Shown: one piece after another, positions 14,501 through 28,293 of the stretch
How the letters are laid out: each line of letters starts with the position of its first letter
How positions within the stretch are numbered: the stretch's first letter is position 1
Source of the DNA: Antedon mediterranea
Lineage: Eukaryota; Animalia; Echinodermata
Length of the DNA: 64,000 nt
Direction: 5' to 3'
Assembly: GCF_964355755.1 (NCBI RefSeq)
Contig: NC_092670.1
Coordinates: forward strand, 6,004,201-6,068,200
Program-made: the position numbers and the translations under genes
The notes under the pieces: generated by a model
The model's input: only the letters and a program-made list of their open reading frames with translations
What the model was told of the DNA's origin: nothing
Database searches by the model: none

Positions 14501-17500
14501 TATTCAGGAATAGCCGCTCCATAGTCTCTTTGCTTTTCTTCCTTATATCTTATTCTTATTAACTCAAAATTATTTTTACTAACAAACATTACTATTTGTA
14601 TGCCTAGTGTGTAAACATTATTGACATAATTTCATAAACATCTTCATGTCGTACAACTACTCGTAACATTTTTTCTCAACTTCCTATCATCTAAAGTCGT
14701 AGTTAGTCATGCCTCGGGTCACATTCTATGGTCTCCGTACAGGTAGGCTACTACATCAGTACTTCTATGAATGGATGACTAGCCGGTGACAATAACGCTA
14801 GTTGGTCATACACAGTACCGTTTTTGATTTTACGATCATTCGGGAAACCACCTCACGATGACTGAAACGCACTGCACATCGGAGATTCAATTTTAGAGAT
14901 ATAAATCCAAGAGGACTAGGATAATACAAAAGCATGCCTACGAAGTGCCAAGGTAAATGACATTGTAAAAGATATTGTAAAGAAAGCCAAAGACAATGAA
15001 ATACAACAGTCCAACAATATTCATTAGAGGTGCCATTTAGTATTATATGTATTGTATGTATTACATAGTATTATGTGGAATATTTACCTTAATGGGCAAA
15101 GTATTATGCTCGTAAAATAAAAAGGAACCGACTGCGTAAATGTGATAATACCTGTAAGACAATAAAATAAAATATAAAAATGAATTATAAATTGTTTTAT
15201 TATTAATTAATTTATAAACAAAAAGAGAAAACTCAAATTTAAAATAAATATCAAAACAAAATAAGTGGCACACACACAAAATCAGACATAGGTTGGACTT
15301 TTCAAAATTGAGATTTTCACAAATACTGAAACTACATAATCCAAGATTTAAAATACTGAAAAAATATCTTAATACCATATTTACTTCCAGAGATAATCAC
15401 AGTCTAAAGTTTTGGTTATTACGATCAGTGTTTTGAGAAAAATGCTTTTAATGTTAACCAACAATGATGACAAGTACAAACAAAAAAAACATGGCATTTA
15501 AGTTTACGCCTTAATAAAGGGGTATTTCAATTAAACTTCGCACCTTTGTTTCATTATGTTGAAGTATTAAACCTGATTTTGATGATGAACGACTGCGATG
15601 AATAATAAATACATACGAATGTGATAAATGTACCATAACAACTTACCATCCATCAAACGTTGTGTAATGAGGATCACCCCATCCAGAACACTCCCTCGGT
15701 TTCGGGGCTTTTGTATTTACCTATGTATATAAAATTAGTATTTTATAACATATGTATTATTATTATTATTGGAATCATATAATCATAGACCAATAAAATG
15801 TGTTCCCTGTTTATTGCATATCCTGTGTGCGATATTGGCTGTAGGAACTTGTTTTCCAACAGATCGTTCACTAGATAATGATTTATTTTTGTTACAGAAA
15901 GTGGCCTCAATGAATCTATTGAATAATTTCAAGATTAGAGAGTAGGATTGGATATGATGTAATGAAGACACGTTGGAAGACGCTGTCTGTTAAATATACT
16001 GTTTCTTTCCATGAGGAGCGAAAACCATTCGATCAGCTCTTCTATTCTTATTATCTGCTGATAATTTTTTTTAATACCTACTTTGAAAGTTGGAAAACGC
16101 GGTGATTGTCCTTTCCATATATTACTAGCTCTGTTAAACGTGGTGCTCTCACGCTCAAATGTAATGTAACTTGCTTTATTTAAGAAATTGATCATAGTGT
16201 CCTTAGTTTCTGAGATCATAAACGTTGCTGGTGAAGCATTGGTTATTGATTTTTGACATGAATTCCCTACAATCACGCCTTCACCAGTATTTGCTACATT
16301 TATCTTTACTTCCTCTTCAAAGCAAAATGATGGGTAAGTTTGGCAATTGTCTTGATATGTTTTTCCATAAACAATTGGGATTGTCGATGAAACATGAAAT
16401 TCAATAACTTCATTTACACCGATTACAAAATCAATTGTGTTATTTGGTTCAATCTTGAAAAATACAACAATTATTATTATCAACAAATTTGAACAGAATA
16501 TAACAATGTTCAATTACCAATATTTTAAGGATGCGCTGTCTCTCCTAAATAATGTGGAATCCTAGTATTGTAATTATTGGGGTATATCTCCGCATAAAGA
16601 AACACACACAATAAGATTGTTGCATAAAACTAAAATATGTTCGCGTTTACCTTTTATAAGTGCACATGTATAGTTCTCGGAAACTGTAATAATGCCTCGG
16701 GTAAACTTGCCATATGTACCATTAATAATAATAATTAATTAATAACATTGAATCTACACTACACTACATTTACACTCTGTCAATTAATAATAAAATAGTA
16801 ACAACCACGTACGTATTTATTACATTTTAACAATTTAGGCACTTTTCGATTTATACGTTCACTATGTCAATGATATCCTATGACGTAATATTTATGAAAG
16901 GCGCATGCGCAATTCAATTGGCACGTCCACTGCCAAAATTGAGAACTTTTATTTTGTTTCTCCCTGCTCTGACTGAGTACACATGGACGTATGACGTAAT
17001 GACACTGTTAAAGAGAATTACGATTAAAAAGAAAAATATAATTCACGTTGTGGAGGATATCACATTTAGTGACGTCAGACCTGACACTACAATTTGTTCG
17101 ATCCTCGAAACGATAGTCACGTGATGCCATTTCGACCTATCACATCGACCTATGTCATAAGCTATAATAACAATTATCTCACCGTCAAACCTGCATAGAA
17201 TGTGTTACTCCTTACAGCGGGTGACAACGCAGCTTGATCCTTGAATCGAAGGCTCACGTCACATTGAATCTACATAGAGAATCAAGCGTCTCAGAAATTA
17301 TTTAAACGAACGTATTTTTATATAAGGATGTTGTGCAGCTTTGGAAAAACAGATTTTTAGGGAATTGTTTTAAAATGTATGAACAATCTAATATTGTCAG
17401 GGCTATAAACTAAGGGAATGTTAACTATAATCCTCCTTTTTTCGCAAAGAAAATAAAAGTAGAAAATAGGATTATTAAGAACGATAGGATGGATTGATAA

Positions 17501-18657
17501 TACTTAATGATAACCATAATAATAATAATAATAATAATAAGCTTTATTTAATCACGGATACTTAACTCAACTGAAAGTTGTTTTTCAGTAAGACCGTGTT
17601 TAAAGAAAAACACCAACAAAAATAAATGTAAAAAGACCTTAATTACTATCAAAACAGATAATAAAACAATTACAATTAAATAAAATGAAACAAGGATACA
17701 CTTACTAACTATAAAATTAAATAATACACTACATTTAAATAAAGCTACATGAAATTAGCAGTTAACAGTTTCTTTAAAAGAGAGACAGTGTTCACATTTT
17801 TAATATCTTCATTCCAAACCTTGGCACCTCTAGCCTATATGATAAGCTACGTTTTTTGTAGTTTGTTTTTGGTTTTGGTACTATTAAATTTGGCTTAGTT
17901 CTAATATTATAGTAATTGTTTTTGATATTGAACTTATTTATTAAATATGGAGGTGCAAGGTTGTTCATAATCTTAAACATAACAATAGCTTCAATTATAT
18001 ATAATCTTTCATCTAAGTTCATCAAATTTAGACTTTGTAGAGCTTGAGTACTAGAGTCGGTTTGAGATTTGTTTGTAATAACTTTTGCTGTGCGATTTTG
18101 AAGAACTTGTAGTGTTTTACTTATATTTGAACGTCCCCAAACAACATGGCAATACTCAAGATGAGGAGCCATAAGTGATTTGTATAATTTGCATTGAATT
18201 TCTTTTGGAAATATATTATTAGTCTTTTTTAAGTAGTACAAGCTCTACAAAGCCTTAGATTTAACATTATCGATTTGTGAGCACCAAGAAAGATTACTAT
18301 CTAATATCACACCAAGGTGTTTACATTTATTTACACGAGAGATTGGTTCTCCATCTACGTTAATGTTGACTTGTAAGTCAGATAGCTTATTTAACCTCTG
18401 CCTCGTTCCAATTAACATAAATTCAGTTTTTTTAACATTGAGGCTAATAAGAGTCCAAACAATCTACAAGTCCAAGATACAGTTCAGATATCAACTTATT
18501 AAGAAAAATGAAACTGAAATGAATGGGGTTGTTATGAGAACATAAACAAAGGTCACTGTTAATTTCTTTCCATGATATGTTTTAATAAGTTTTATCGCTA
18601 ATGTAGAAAATATGATTATTAAAATATTATTATTATTATTATTATTATTGTTGGTGG

Positions 18658-18693
<36 letters not shown>

Positions 18694-21600
18694 GTAGTAT
18701 GTCAAGTTTAATTATCGCTATTTCTATATATGATTATCAGAAGATACGAATCACAATCAAATATCTACTGCTTCAAGGCACAGTGAACAATAAAGGATAA
18801 TAGTTTGAACATTAAAAATGAACAAAGAATGTATCGAGTGTGTTGGAGTGCAGCTGCCACTCCAATACTTACATAAGACCCAAGTCTTCTGCTGAGAATA
18901 CACTGATGAGGTTCGCCTTTTTTGCAATTTATATTGTTATCTTTATCAACTCCATCTACATCATATTCGTCACTGATTTCGTTTTCGCTAACATTTTTAG
19001 GCTTATAGACCATTTCATCGTCTATATACCATCGGACATAGAATTCTATGTCATCAGGTGCTTCAGTTGTGTTTATGTTGCAGACTGCTGACACACCGAA
19101 TTCCTTGGTCTTAAACGTTATCATGGGCTCCTCTTTATGTGTAGGAAATATGTCTGGTTTTTAGATTAAAATAAATGTTATGGTCATTAATTAATTTTAT
19201 TTAAACATTTTATAATAATAATCGAAGACTATATGGATTACACAGTGGACCCTCAGATGCGGCATTTACTTACCATCACATGGTGGGAAACCGGTTGATG
19301 AAGTAGTGTTACCCTCACAAAGTAAAAGAGAATCTGATCAAAAACAATATATTTATTTAGTAGAACATCTTAACCTAGCAAGAACATTTAGAATGATCAT
19401 TTTCTAAAAGTATTCAAATAAATAATTTTATTTATAAACAATTTGGTATCAATAATTTGTTTACTCCTAATACATAGGTGTTTTAGATCCGACAAGCTTC
19501 CGATATGCTACTAGTATAATTTCTTCTTAACTAGATGGTACGCTCGCTTCGCTCGCGTACCATCTAGGTCGTGCCCACCATCTAGGTCATGCCCACAGAT
19601 GGTTCTTGAATACATAATAATTTCAGCAATTCTAATAATTTCAGTACAATAATACATGTCGTTTACTGGAACGAAAAAAATAGACACTGATTTATGTACT
19701 CAACTAAAATTAGCACCCTGGGAATTACTTCCGAAAGAGAAACTTGTCACATAATGAGACCAATTGTTTAAGTCAAATTTAAACAAACTTAATTTGTGTT
19801 TTGTATGTAACATTAGGGTTGAGGGATGGGGAAGAGGATGGGTGCAAAGAGGAACAATTTTTAAATATATTCTTTATCCATTTAGTAACGAAATATTAAT
19901 TGTTTTCATGTTTTACAAATAATATACCACTAAACACAGTAAAACATTGCGATGTAATACTTTGTTGAAACTATCACCGTCCTAGTCGATTGAAATAGTA
20001 CATGATACATCACTACGACATGTTTATATAATGTAAAACAATTTGTGAAAACCACTTCTATTCGGGGAAAATCATAAATTCGATTTAATCGTCAATAAAT
20101 ATTAAATTATCTAACTCAACTTAATTAGTAGGCCTAATGGTTTTCAATTGTTTTTTAGAGCCAATTCATACTTAAGTTGGTTCCTACCCTACCCACCAAA
20201 GTTGTTCTGCGTTTATGGCATGTGATGCACCGTAGGCCTATCCTCTACTGGCTTTAAAACGCTACTCATGCCAGTGAGGGAAGGGTGATGATGTGGGTGG
20301 TTTAACTGCAATAATAAAGATTGGAACATAATATACGGCAACTGAAAACGCTAGCTCATTATCCGTTAAAAAAAAATGTATATCCAACCTCTGCAGCTGC
20401 ACAGATTGAAAAAGAAAATGGATCGAATTTCTGTTATATGAGTCATAGGGCCCGTTCGGACGGGACTGAAACTACCGTGTACTTCCAACTGTGAGGTCGC
20501 GTGTGGCAATTAACTTACGCCTCTGGCTATAAAAAATTAGAAAACCATCTGGACGAAAAATCCACCAACTTTACTGGTTATTTCAATCCCATTCCAATTA
20601 CACGCTGCCTCGGGGTATAATTAATCAAGCGTTAACGGGATCATGTCAAATCGCGACCTCAAATAAGCTTTCTGATTGTTTAACAATTATTGTTTAAAAT
20701 GTTCTTTTTCGTTAATGCGAATGTATATCTATTGTTTTGTAAAATTATATATAAATAATCAACTCGTTGGTTTTTTTCCGGTGACCTGAACTTGCGAATC
20801 GGTGGCTTATAATGTACATGTAACGGCAGGGAGTTCTGTATTGTGGTAGCCTGGTGTCTGTGAATTACCACATCAACCGTTCGGCTCGCACGATAAGAGG
20901 GGTACAGTGCGTGTTAAATGGAATTTTTACAACAATAGTTCGGCTCGCACGATGAATACACGTGGTGATTTTTACAAAAGGGGTACAGTGCGTGTACATT
21001 AAATGGAATTTTCACAACAATAGTTCGGCTCGCACGATAAATACACGTGGTGATTTTTACAAGAGGGGTACAGTGCGTGTACATTAAATGGAATTTCCAC
21101 AACAATAGTTCGGCTCGCACGATAAATACACGTGGTGATTTTTACAAGAGGGGTACAGTGCGTGTACATTAAATGGAATTTCCATAACAATAGTTCGGCT
21201 CACACGATAAATACACGTGGTCAACAAACAACATACGTTAGCAGGATTTTCGATCAATATTTATTTAAAAAGTAAATTGTATTCGATGTATTATAAATAT
21301 ATAGGTCTGGTTGTCGATTGAAAAATAATAATTGAACGATTCGCGCGCGAAACGACATGCAATATCCAGTTGAATTTGTCAACACGCCATGTCAATTGAT
21401 ATGGGTCGACGCACAGAGGGCGCTTTTTGACCTAAGAATTCCGATCTTAATTGGTTTCGTGTCAGCTTACCGGTACTTTAATTATTCGTACGAACGTCGT
21501 ATGGGTTTTACCCCAAGGGTAAAAACCAAATAAACGTGTATTTCAATCGCCGTACGAACACGGTCATACAGTACTTGCCTTTACGACGCCTGAGGGAATA

Positions 21601-24600
21601 GACACTTGTGGAACAGAGATTGGAATGTTCCATTCATCGCAAATCAATACATTTGTATAAACGTATATTAAATCTATCAAAATAGAATTTTTAAAAGAAA
21701 ATCGGCCTGTCTTCAACATTATGATGCTGTACTCGAGCTGTTCAGCCGGTTTTCAGCCATTAAAAACAACTATCGTAGGAGGAGATAGGAAAATGCGAAG
21801 CATCCTTGTATTATTGTCTGCGGGTATTTTTCAAGACGGACATCCATTAGACAGTGTATACCACGATCTAAAAACACCCCTATTTGGGGCAAATCGTTGA
21901 ACCTAAATTCGTTTTAATCGTCAATAACTAATTATCGAACTCAATTAAATTAGTAAACAGGGTTACATCAGCTGGTTAAAATCAGTACCGAAAGTACGAA
22001 CCAACTTTACATACCATCGAGTAAACATTCTAGAAATAACGCGCGATTTATAGAATTTTGCCCTTACGTAAATTTATATATAGATTATAGTCTCAGTGGT
22101 TTTAAATTGAAATAATGATACTGTTTAGTTTCAATATGGCACATTCTAGCTTAATTTTTTTTTTATAGTTTCAGTGATTTTTGATAAATTATTCTTGTAA
22201 TTTGTTTTTCTACTTGATGCAGGCGTTTACCTGTACAGTAACTCATTTGTGTTCCTGGAGTGTCTGTGAGATAATGAACAAAATACAACTCTTCGGGGTC
22301 TCCACATGCTTTGATGCAAAGATCTATTGAATATTCACACGTCGATGCGAAGGTATGTACGCAGCCAATAACAGTTTCTACATCGTCTTCAAGTGCTGGA
22401 TATGCACCTGTACAATAAAATCAAGATTGAATACCTCTATCTGTCTATTGAAATATGTGTAGGTGTTCAATTTACACATTTAGAAAAAACATCGATATTC
22501 GTAGACTTGTCTAATAAGTAGTGAAATATATGGAAGGCAATATATGGAAGGCAATCGCCGCCAAAAAAAGTAAAACAAAGAACGTACTTTCACAAACGAA
22601 CAACGTACTTTCACAAACGAACGATCTAAATTTAAACAAAGAACGTACTTTCACAAACGAACAACCTACTTTTACGCGAACAACATATTTTTTACAAACG
22701 GACAACGTACATTGGTAAACGAACAACGTGCTTTACCAAACGATGTAGACTCGTTCATTTTTTATTTTTGTATTGTTGGCGGAGATTGCCTTCCATAGTG
22801 GTGATATTCACAATGTCGTGCATGTCGCACAATTGTAAATACCCTCGAGTGCGCCGCATATCCACTAACGCACTCTGACTATAATAAAGCTCTATCTACA
22901 CTATCAAACTTTGTGTGACAACAAAAAACGTGATGTGTCCAAATTTGGTAGTCATATGATGCTATCGTGTCCATATAACATGGGCACATCAAAGCTTAGG
23001 AAACCATCATTGTATACACAATATACACAAGTATGTTCATGGAATAATTTGAACTTTAGCTTTAATTATCTCGCTCTTCAATGTTATTAGAAATATTCCT
23101 ACTATTATTATTGGTTTCATCCCTGGAAGATCGTGTCAGACCAACCTCGCATTGCTTCTTTCTACAGCATGCAATGCTTTGAATAACAAGAAGCAATGTG
23201 ATGTGGTCTGCACTGATTTTTCTAAAGCATTTGACTCAGTCCCTTATGATTTACTTGTATTTAAGATTTCAAAGTTTGGTTTAAAAGGCAATCTTCTTAA
23301 ATGGTTTTCAGATTATTTGAAATTGATAGGAATCAGAGGGTAGTCATCATTGGAAACTGTTCTGAGTGGATTCTTGTACTTTCTGGGGTTTGGCCCCTTG
23401 CTTTTTAATTTGTATATTAATTCTTCCTTCTGTTTTAAGTTTTCACAATCACTTCTGTTTACTGATGACCTTAAGTTGTTTAAAGTAATCTCTTCAACTG
23501 ACGACGCTCTTCTGCTGCAAGAGGATCTGGGCTGAGACATGGAAACTTTCTTTAACAAGGCCATATAGATGGCTGCAGTCGCGTGCTCAAGTTAGTGTTT
23601 ACCGACCGACCGACCAACCAACCGACCAACCGACCGAAATTGCTGAACATGTTTAAAAATGTGCGTAGCCTGTCACTTTTGACGTGCTCGTATAACGTAA
23701 TTTCGAGTTGAAAAGTAAGTCAAGAAAACAGAAATCTGGCAAAAAGAGTGCGTATTAACATTTAACGCGCAAAAATTGCCTAAAACGTACTCTTATTTCA
23801 TCGAAAATAAATTTTGAAAATTTTAAGCGCGCGTCTGCATGCGTTACATGCGCTACGCACGAAATTTATGAGTACCAAATTTTATTTAATTGTGATTCAT
23901 GCTTGTGCTTGTGCTTATTTTTCAGCGGTTCCTAACACATTTAATAGTGTGCTTGTTACTTGTTTGAATATTGATTTATTTTATGATAGTTTAAATGTAT
24001 TTAAGGGTAAAATTGTTATTGTTGCTTATTTGAATTTATTATAATAGTTTATTATGTTTAGATTCAACCTGTTAGTGGCGGTTTCATCGCTGTTGGTTGT
24101 GAACTCAATAAAATAAAATAATCAAAGAATAGTTATTAGTATTCTTAATATAAATATAATTATTTAAACAAACCATTAATCCAAACTGGGAATAAAGTTC
24201 CACATTTAAACAACCCTGGCGAAGAGGTTGGCATTGTAATATTTATCCTATCACCCTCATTTCTCAGCGTGTACCAGCCATCTACTATAAAATCATCAGA
24301 TATTATAAACCCAGGCTCTGTGTCATATCGAATGCTACGATGCCAGTCTGTAAGCACAAGGTCAGTATCACATGGGTCACCCTCAGTTGCAAGGCAGTCT
24401 TCATTCCCTATAATATATTTATGAACGTTATTACAAATGTAAGTTTTATTTAAAAACTGTCCTTAAGTAAGGTTTATAACAAATATAGCCATATAACATA
24501 TCATTAGCAATATTTGTAGGCAATGATTGAATGTTTAAACATTATAGGCCTACTACTTACAATTATCCACGAACTTTAACTAAAATTAATATTTTATTCT

Positions 24601-27600
24601 AGTGAAATAGTCTCCGACGAAAAGGAAGTGAACCAAATAGCCCTTGATTACTGGGAAACATTAGGTAAAACTAATTTGGCCGAAACTGATGAACGAAGTA
24701 AACAAATTAATACCCTTATTAATAACATTAAAACCACAAAAATGCCCACGACGACAATGATGAATTTCTCTCAGACATTGAATTAAATTTAGATATTGTT
24801 GAAACCGCAATTTTAAGGTCAAAGAACAATAAATCACATGGAATTGACACGATCACATTTTTAAAAACAGTGGTAAATGTTTAAATATGTCAATTCTTTC
24901 TTTATTTAATAGAATCATTGATTTAGGAAAAGTTCCAAATGACTGGAATAAACTAAACTACAGGGGGATTTCCCTTACTCCATGTATCTCGAAAATATTT
25001 AACCGAATCATTGCAAATAATATTTATGACTTCCTGGAAGATAAAAATGTGTTGTCAGAAGTATAGGGAGGGTTTAGACCTTCACAACGATGTGAGGATC
25101 ACATATTTACCCTCAAAAGCATAGCTTCCTGTCGTCTGCTTGAGGACAAAAAAACTTCATGGCCGACTTAGATTTTACAAAAGCATTCGATACGGGTTGG
25201 AGGGAAGGAATACTAATGACAGCATGGAATATTGGGATTAGAGGTCGTCTATGAAAATTAATCAATAGTTTATATCACGATGTGCAAGGTAAAGTAAGAT
25301 TTGGTAAAATAGACACTAAATTCTTTAATATTGATGGAGGAGTTAAACAGGGATCTTCCTACAATAAATTATGCTTGTTAAGTGTGGGTCAGCCAAAGCA
25401 GGAAAGATATTGATAAAATTGAGTCACTTCAATTACAAATGGCGCGGTACATTTTAAAAGGCCTTGTATGGGGATTCAATTCAATTCAATTCAATTTTGC
25501 TGTAAGCCCAACAGGTTACTCGAACTTCCCGCCTGTTTCTAAACGCAGACCCGTGGTAGACGGGGTGGGAAAAGAGCTAGACACAGGAGAAGACGATATA
25601 GTCTACCCTTACCAAATATTGTTATAGGGAATGTTAGATCTCTTCCCAACAAAATGGAAGAATTACGCGAATGTGTAAGATATTTGTACGAGTATCGGGA
25701 AGCCAATGTTATTTGTCTGTCCGAAACCTGGGTAAATGAAAACATTCCAGATGAAATAGTTAATATTGAGAACTTTGATTTATTTAGAGGTGATAGAACA
25801 GCAGAGTCCGGTAAAACAAAAGGAGGTGGTGCGTGTATATTTATAAATACATTATGGTGTACTAATTCGTTCCTAAAAGAACGTATGTGTAATAAGAATA
25901 TGGAGCTAATTACAATCGGTCTAAGACCGTTTTATCTTCCCCGAGAATTTAATAAGATATATGTTATAGTGACATACGTTCATGACAAAGCAAACAACAA
26001 AGATGCTGCAAAGGAGATTTCAATGAGGGTACGTGAAATCGAAAATGAATTCCCAGATGCACCTGTTTTTATTGTCGGAGACCTAAACTCATGTTGTTTG
26101 GAAAAATATCTACCAACGTTTAAACAGTTTGTCGACAAGCCACCAGACAAAACAACATTCTTGACAAATGTTATGCAAAGTCCTGGTGTAAATATTCAAC
26201 AAAAATCTGTTCGCAGCTTGGAGGTTCTGACCATAATATGGTAATGATGATTCCTGAATATAAACAAAGAATTAAACGAATTAAACCTGTTACCAAACAA
26301 ACAATGATTTGGTTGAACGATTCTATTGAAAAGCTACGCGGTGCATTCGAGTGCACCGATTGGTCAGTGTTTGAAAATGACCGTGGTGATATAAATGAAA
26401 CTGTGGAAGCTATCAGTGAATATATCAAGTTCTGTACAGACTCTATTATTCCAAGAAAATTAAAAGTGATTTACCCAAATAATAAAAAATGGTTTACGAA
26501 AGATCTTAAAGCACTGCTTTCTGAAAGGAAATACGCTTTCTCAAAGGGACATACTGATATAGTGAAAGAAAAGCAAAAACAGATTGCGTTAGAAATAGAA
26601 AAGAATAAGGCAAAGTACAAAAGAAAGTTAGAACGAAGTTTTAAAGAAAACGATGTTAAAGCGGCTTGGCAAACCATGCACTGGCTATGGTAGTCAAAAT
26701 AAAAGGAAGTCGTCACAGCCAAAAAATGAGTCGAATACTACAGATGATCTTAACACATTTTTTTGCCGTTTTGATCAGCATGACTTTTCAAAAAAGATAG
26801 ATGATTTAAAGGAACAATTAAATAAGGAAAAGGCGGTGAGAGGAAAAATCGTAATAAATGAAGGAGAGGTTCGATCGAGTTTTAAGAAAGTTAAAATAAA
26901 TAAGGCGACAGGTCCAGACTATGTTCCAAATCGGGTTCTAAAGTCATGCTGTGACCAACTGTCGGGAGTTTTCTGCGATATTTTTAATACATCAATGGAA
27001 TGTGGAAAAATTCCAAAGATCTGGAAAACTTCAGAAATTAGACCGATTCCGAAAATAAAATATCCAGTAACCCCAAAACGATCACCGACCAGTCGCAATC
27101 ACTTCAAATGTTATGAAGTGTTTTGAACGCATTATTTTGAATCGTATACTTGACCAAGAGGGCGTATCGATTGATCCTACTCAATTTGCCTACCGACCCA
27201 AGAGAGGAACTGATGACGCTATTATTCTTTTCTTGCATAATATTTTTCAGCATATTGACACTAGGAATACGTTTGTCAGGGCACTCTTCGTTGACTTTTC
27301 GAGCGCTTTTAATTGCTTACAACCGCATTTGTTGATTAGAAAATTACGAGGGATGGATATTAATCCCAACCTTTCACTTCTGACCATGGACTTTCTGCAA
27401 CAGAGACCTCAATACGTTCGCATGGACAGCAACGTTTCCAGCACAACGCTCTGCAATACGGGAGCACTACAGGGATGCGTCCTTTCGCCGTTTTTGTTTT
27501 CACTATATACTTCCGACTATGAAACGTTAGGCAGTACAACCTCAATGATAAAATACGCGGATGATACTGTAATCTCCGGTTATCTTGGTGGAGCAGATGC

Positions 27601-28250
27601 GTCACCGTACACAAATGAGGTTGACAAATTTGTGGACTGGTGTGATAAAAACTACCTACAACTAAATAAAAACAAAACTAAAGAAATAGTATTTGATACA
27701 AGACGAAAAATGTTTGGACATGATAAGTTAATTATTAAAGGTGTAGAAATAGATCAAGTAGACGAACAAAAATACTTAGGAACCACTATTGACAAAGGTC
27801 TCAAATTTAATACTCAAATAAATACCGTGTTTAAAAAAGCAAATCAAAGGCTATATTTCTTAAGAAAACTAAAACTATATAAAATTCATAATACTATATT
27901 AACGTTATTTTATAGGGCTATAGTGCAAAGTGTTTTAACTATTAGTTTAATATCGTTGTTTTTTGATCTTACAAATGAGAACAAAGAAAAATTAGAACGA
28001 GTCAGGAAGCGTGCAGGCAAAATTATTGGCTCTGACCTACCAACTATTCAACAAATATATGAAAAAAGAGTATTACACCCACTAAATAAATACTATGTTT
28101 TAAACAGATCTGGTATCAGGCTACGTCCACTAAGAGGAGATTATGATCGTCTTCGAAAGTCATTTGTTCCAAATTCTTGCCATTTATATAACGCAACTAT
28201 TAAAAGATAGATTGAATATGTAATTTGTATGTAATCTGTATATAATACTG

Positions 28251-28293
<43 letters not shown>

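Noticed and set aside
9583-14858. 887-bp array as duplicated VWD exons or a hammerhead retrozyme
   Set aside because: The VWD reading frame is complete without it (15088 joins 9268 in phase). The closest core on the minus strand is CTGATGT rather than CTGANGA, and I found no hammerhead fold by eye; other ribozymes are not excluded.
18612-18800. Poly-leucine ORF resembling a signal or TM peptide
   Set aside because: It is the translation of a (TAT)n microsatellite.
20879-21221. 85-bp repeats as a CRISPR array
   Set aside because: Whole units are repeated with no unique spacers, no cas genes are present, and the context is eukaryotic.
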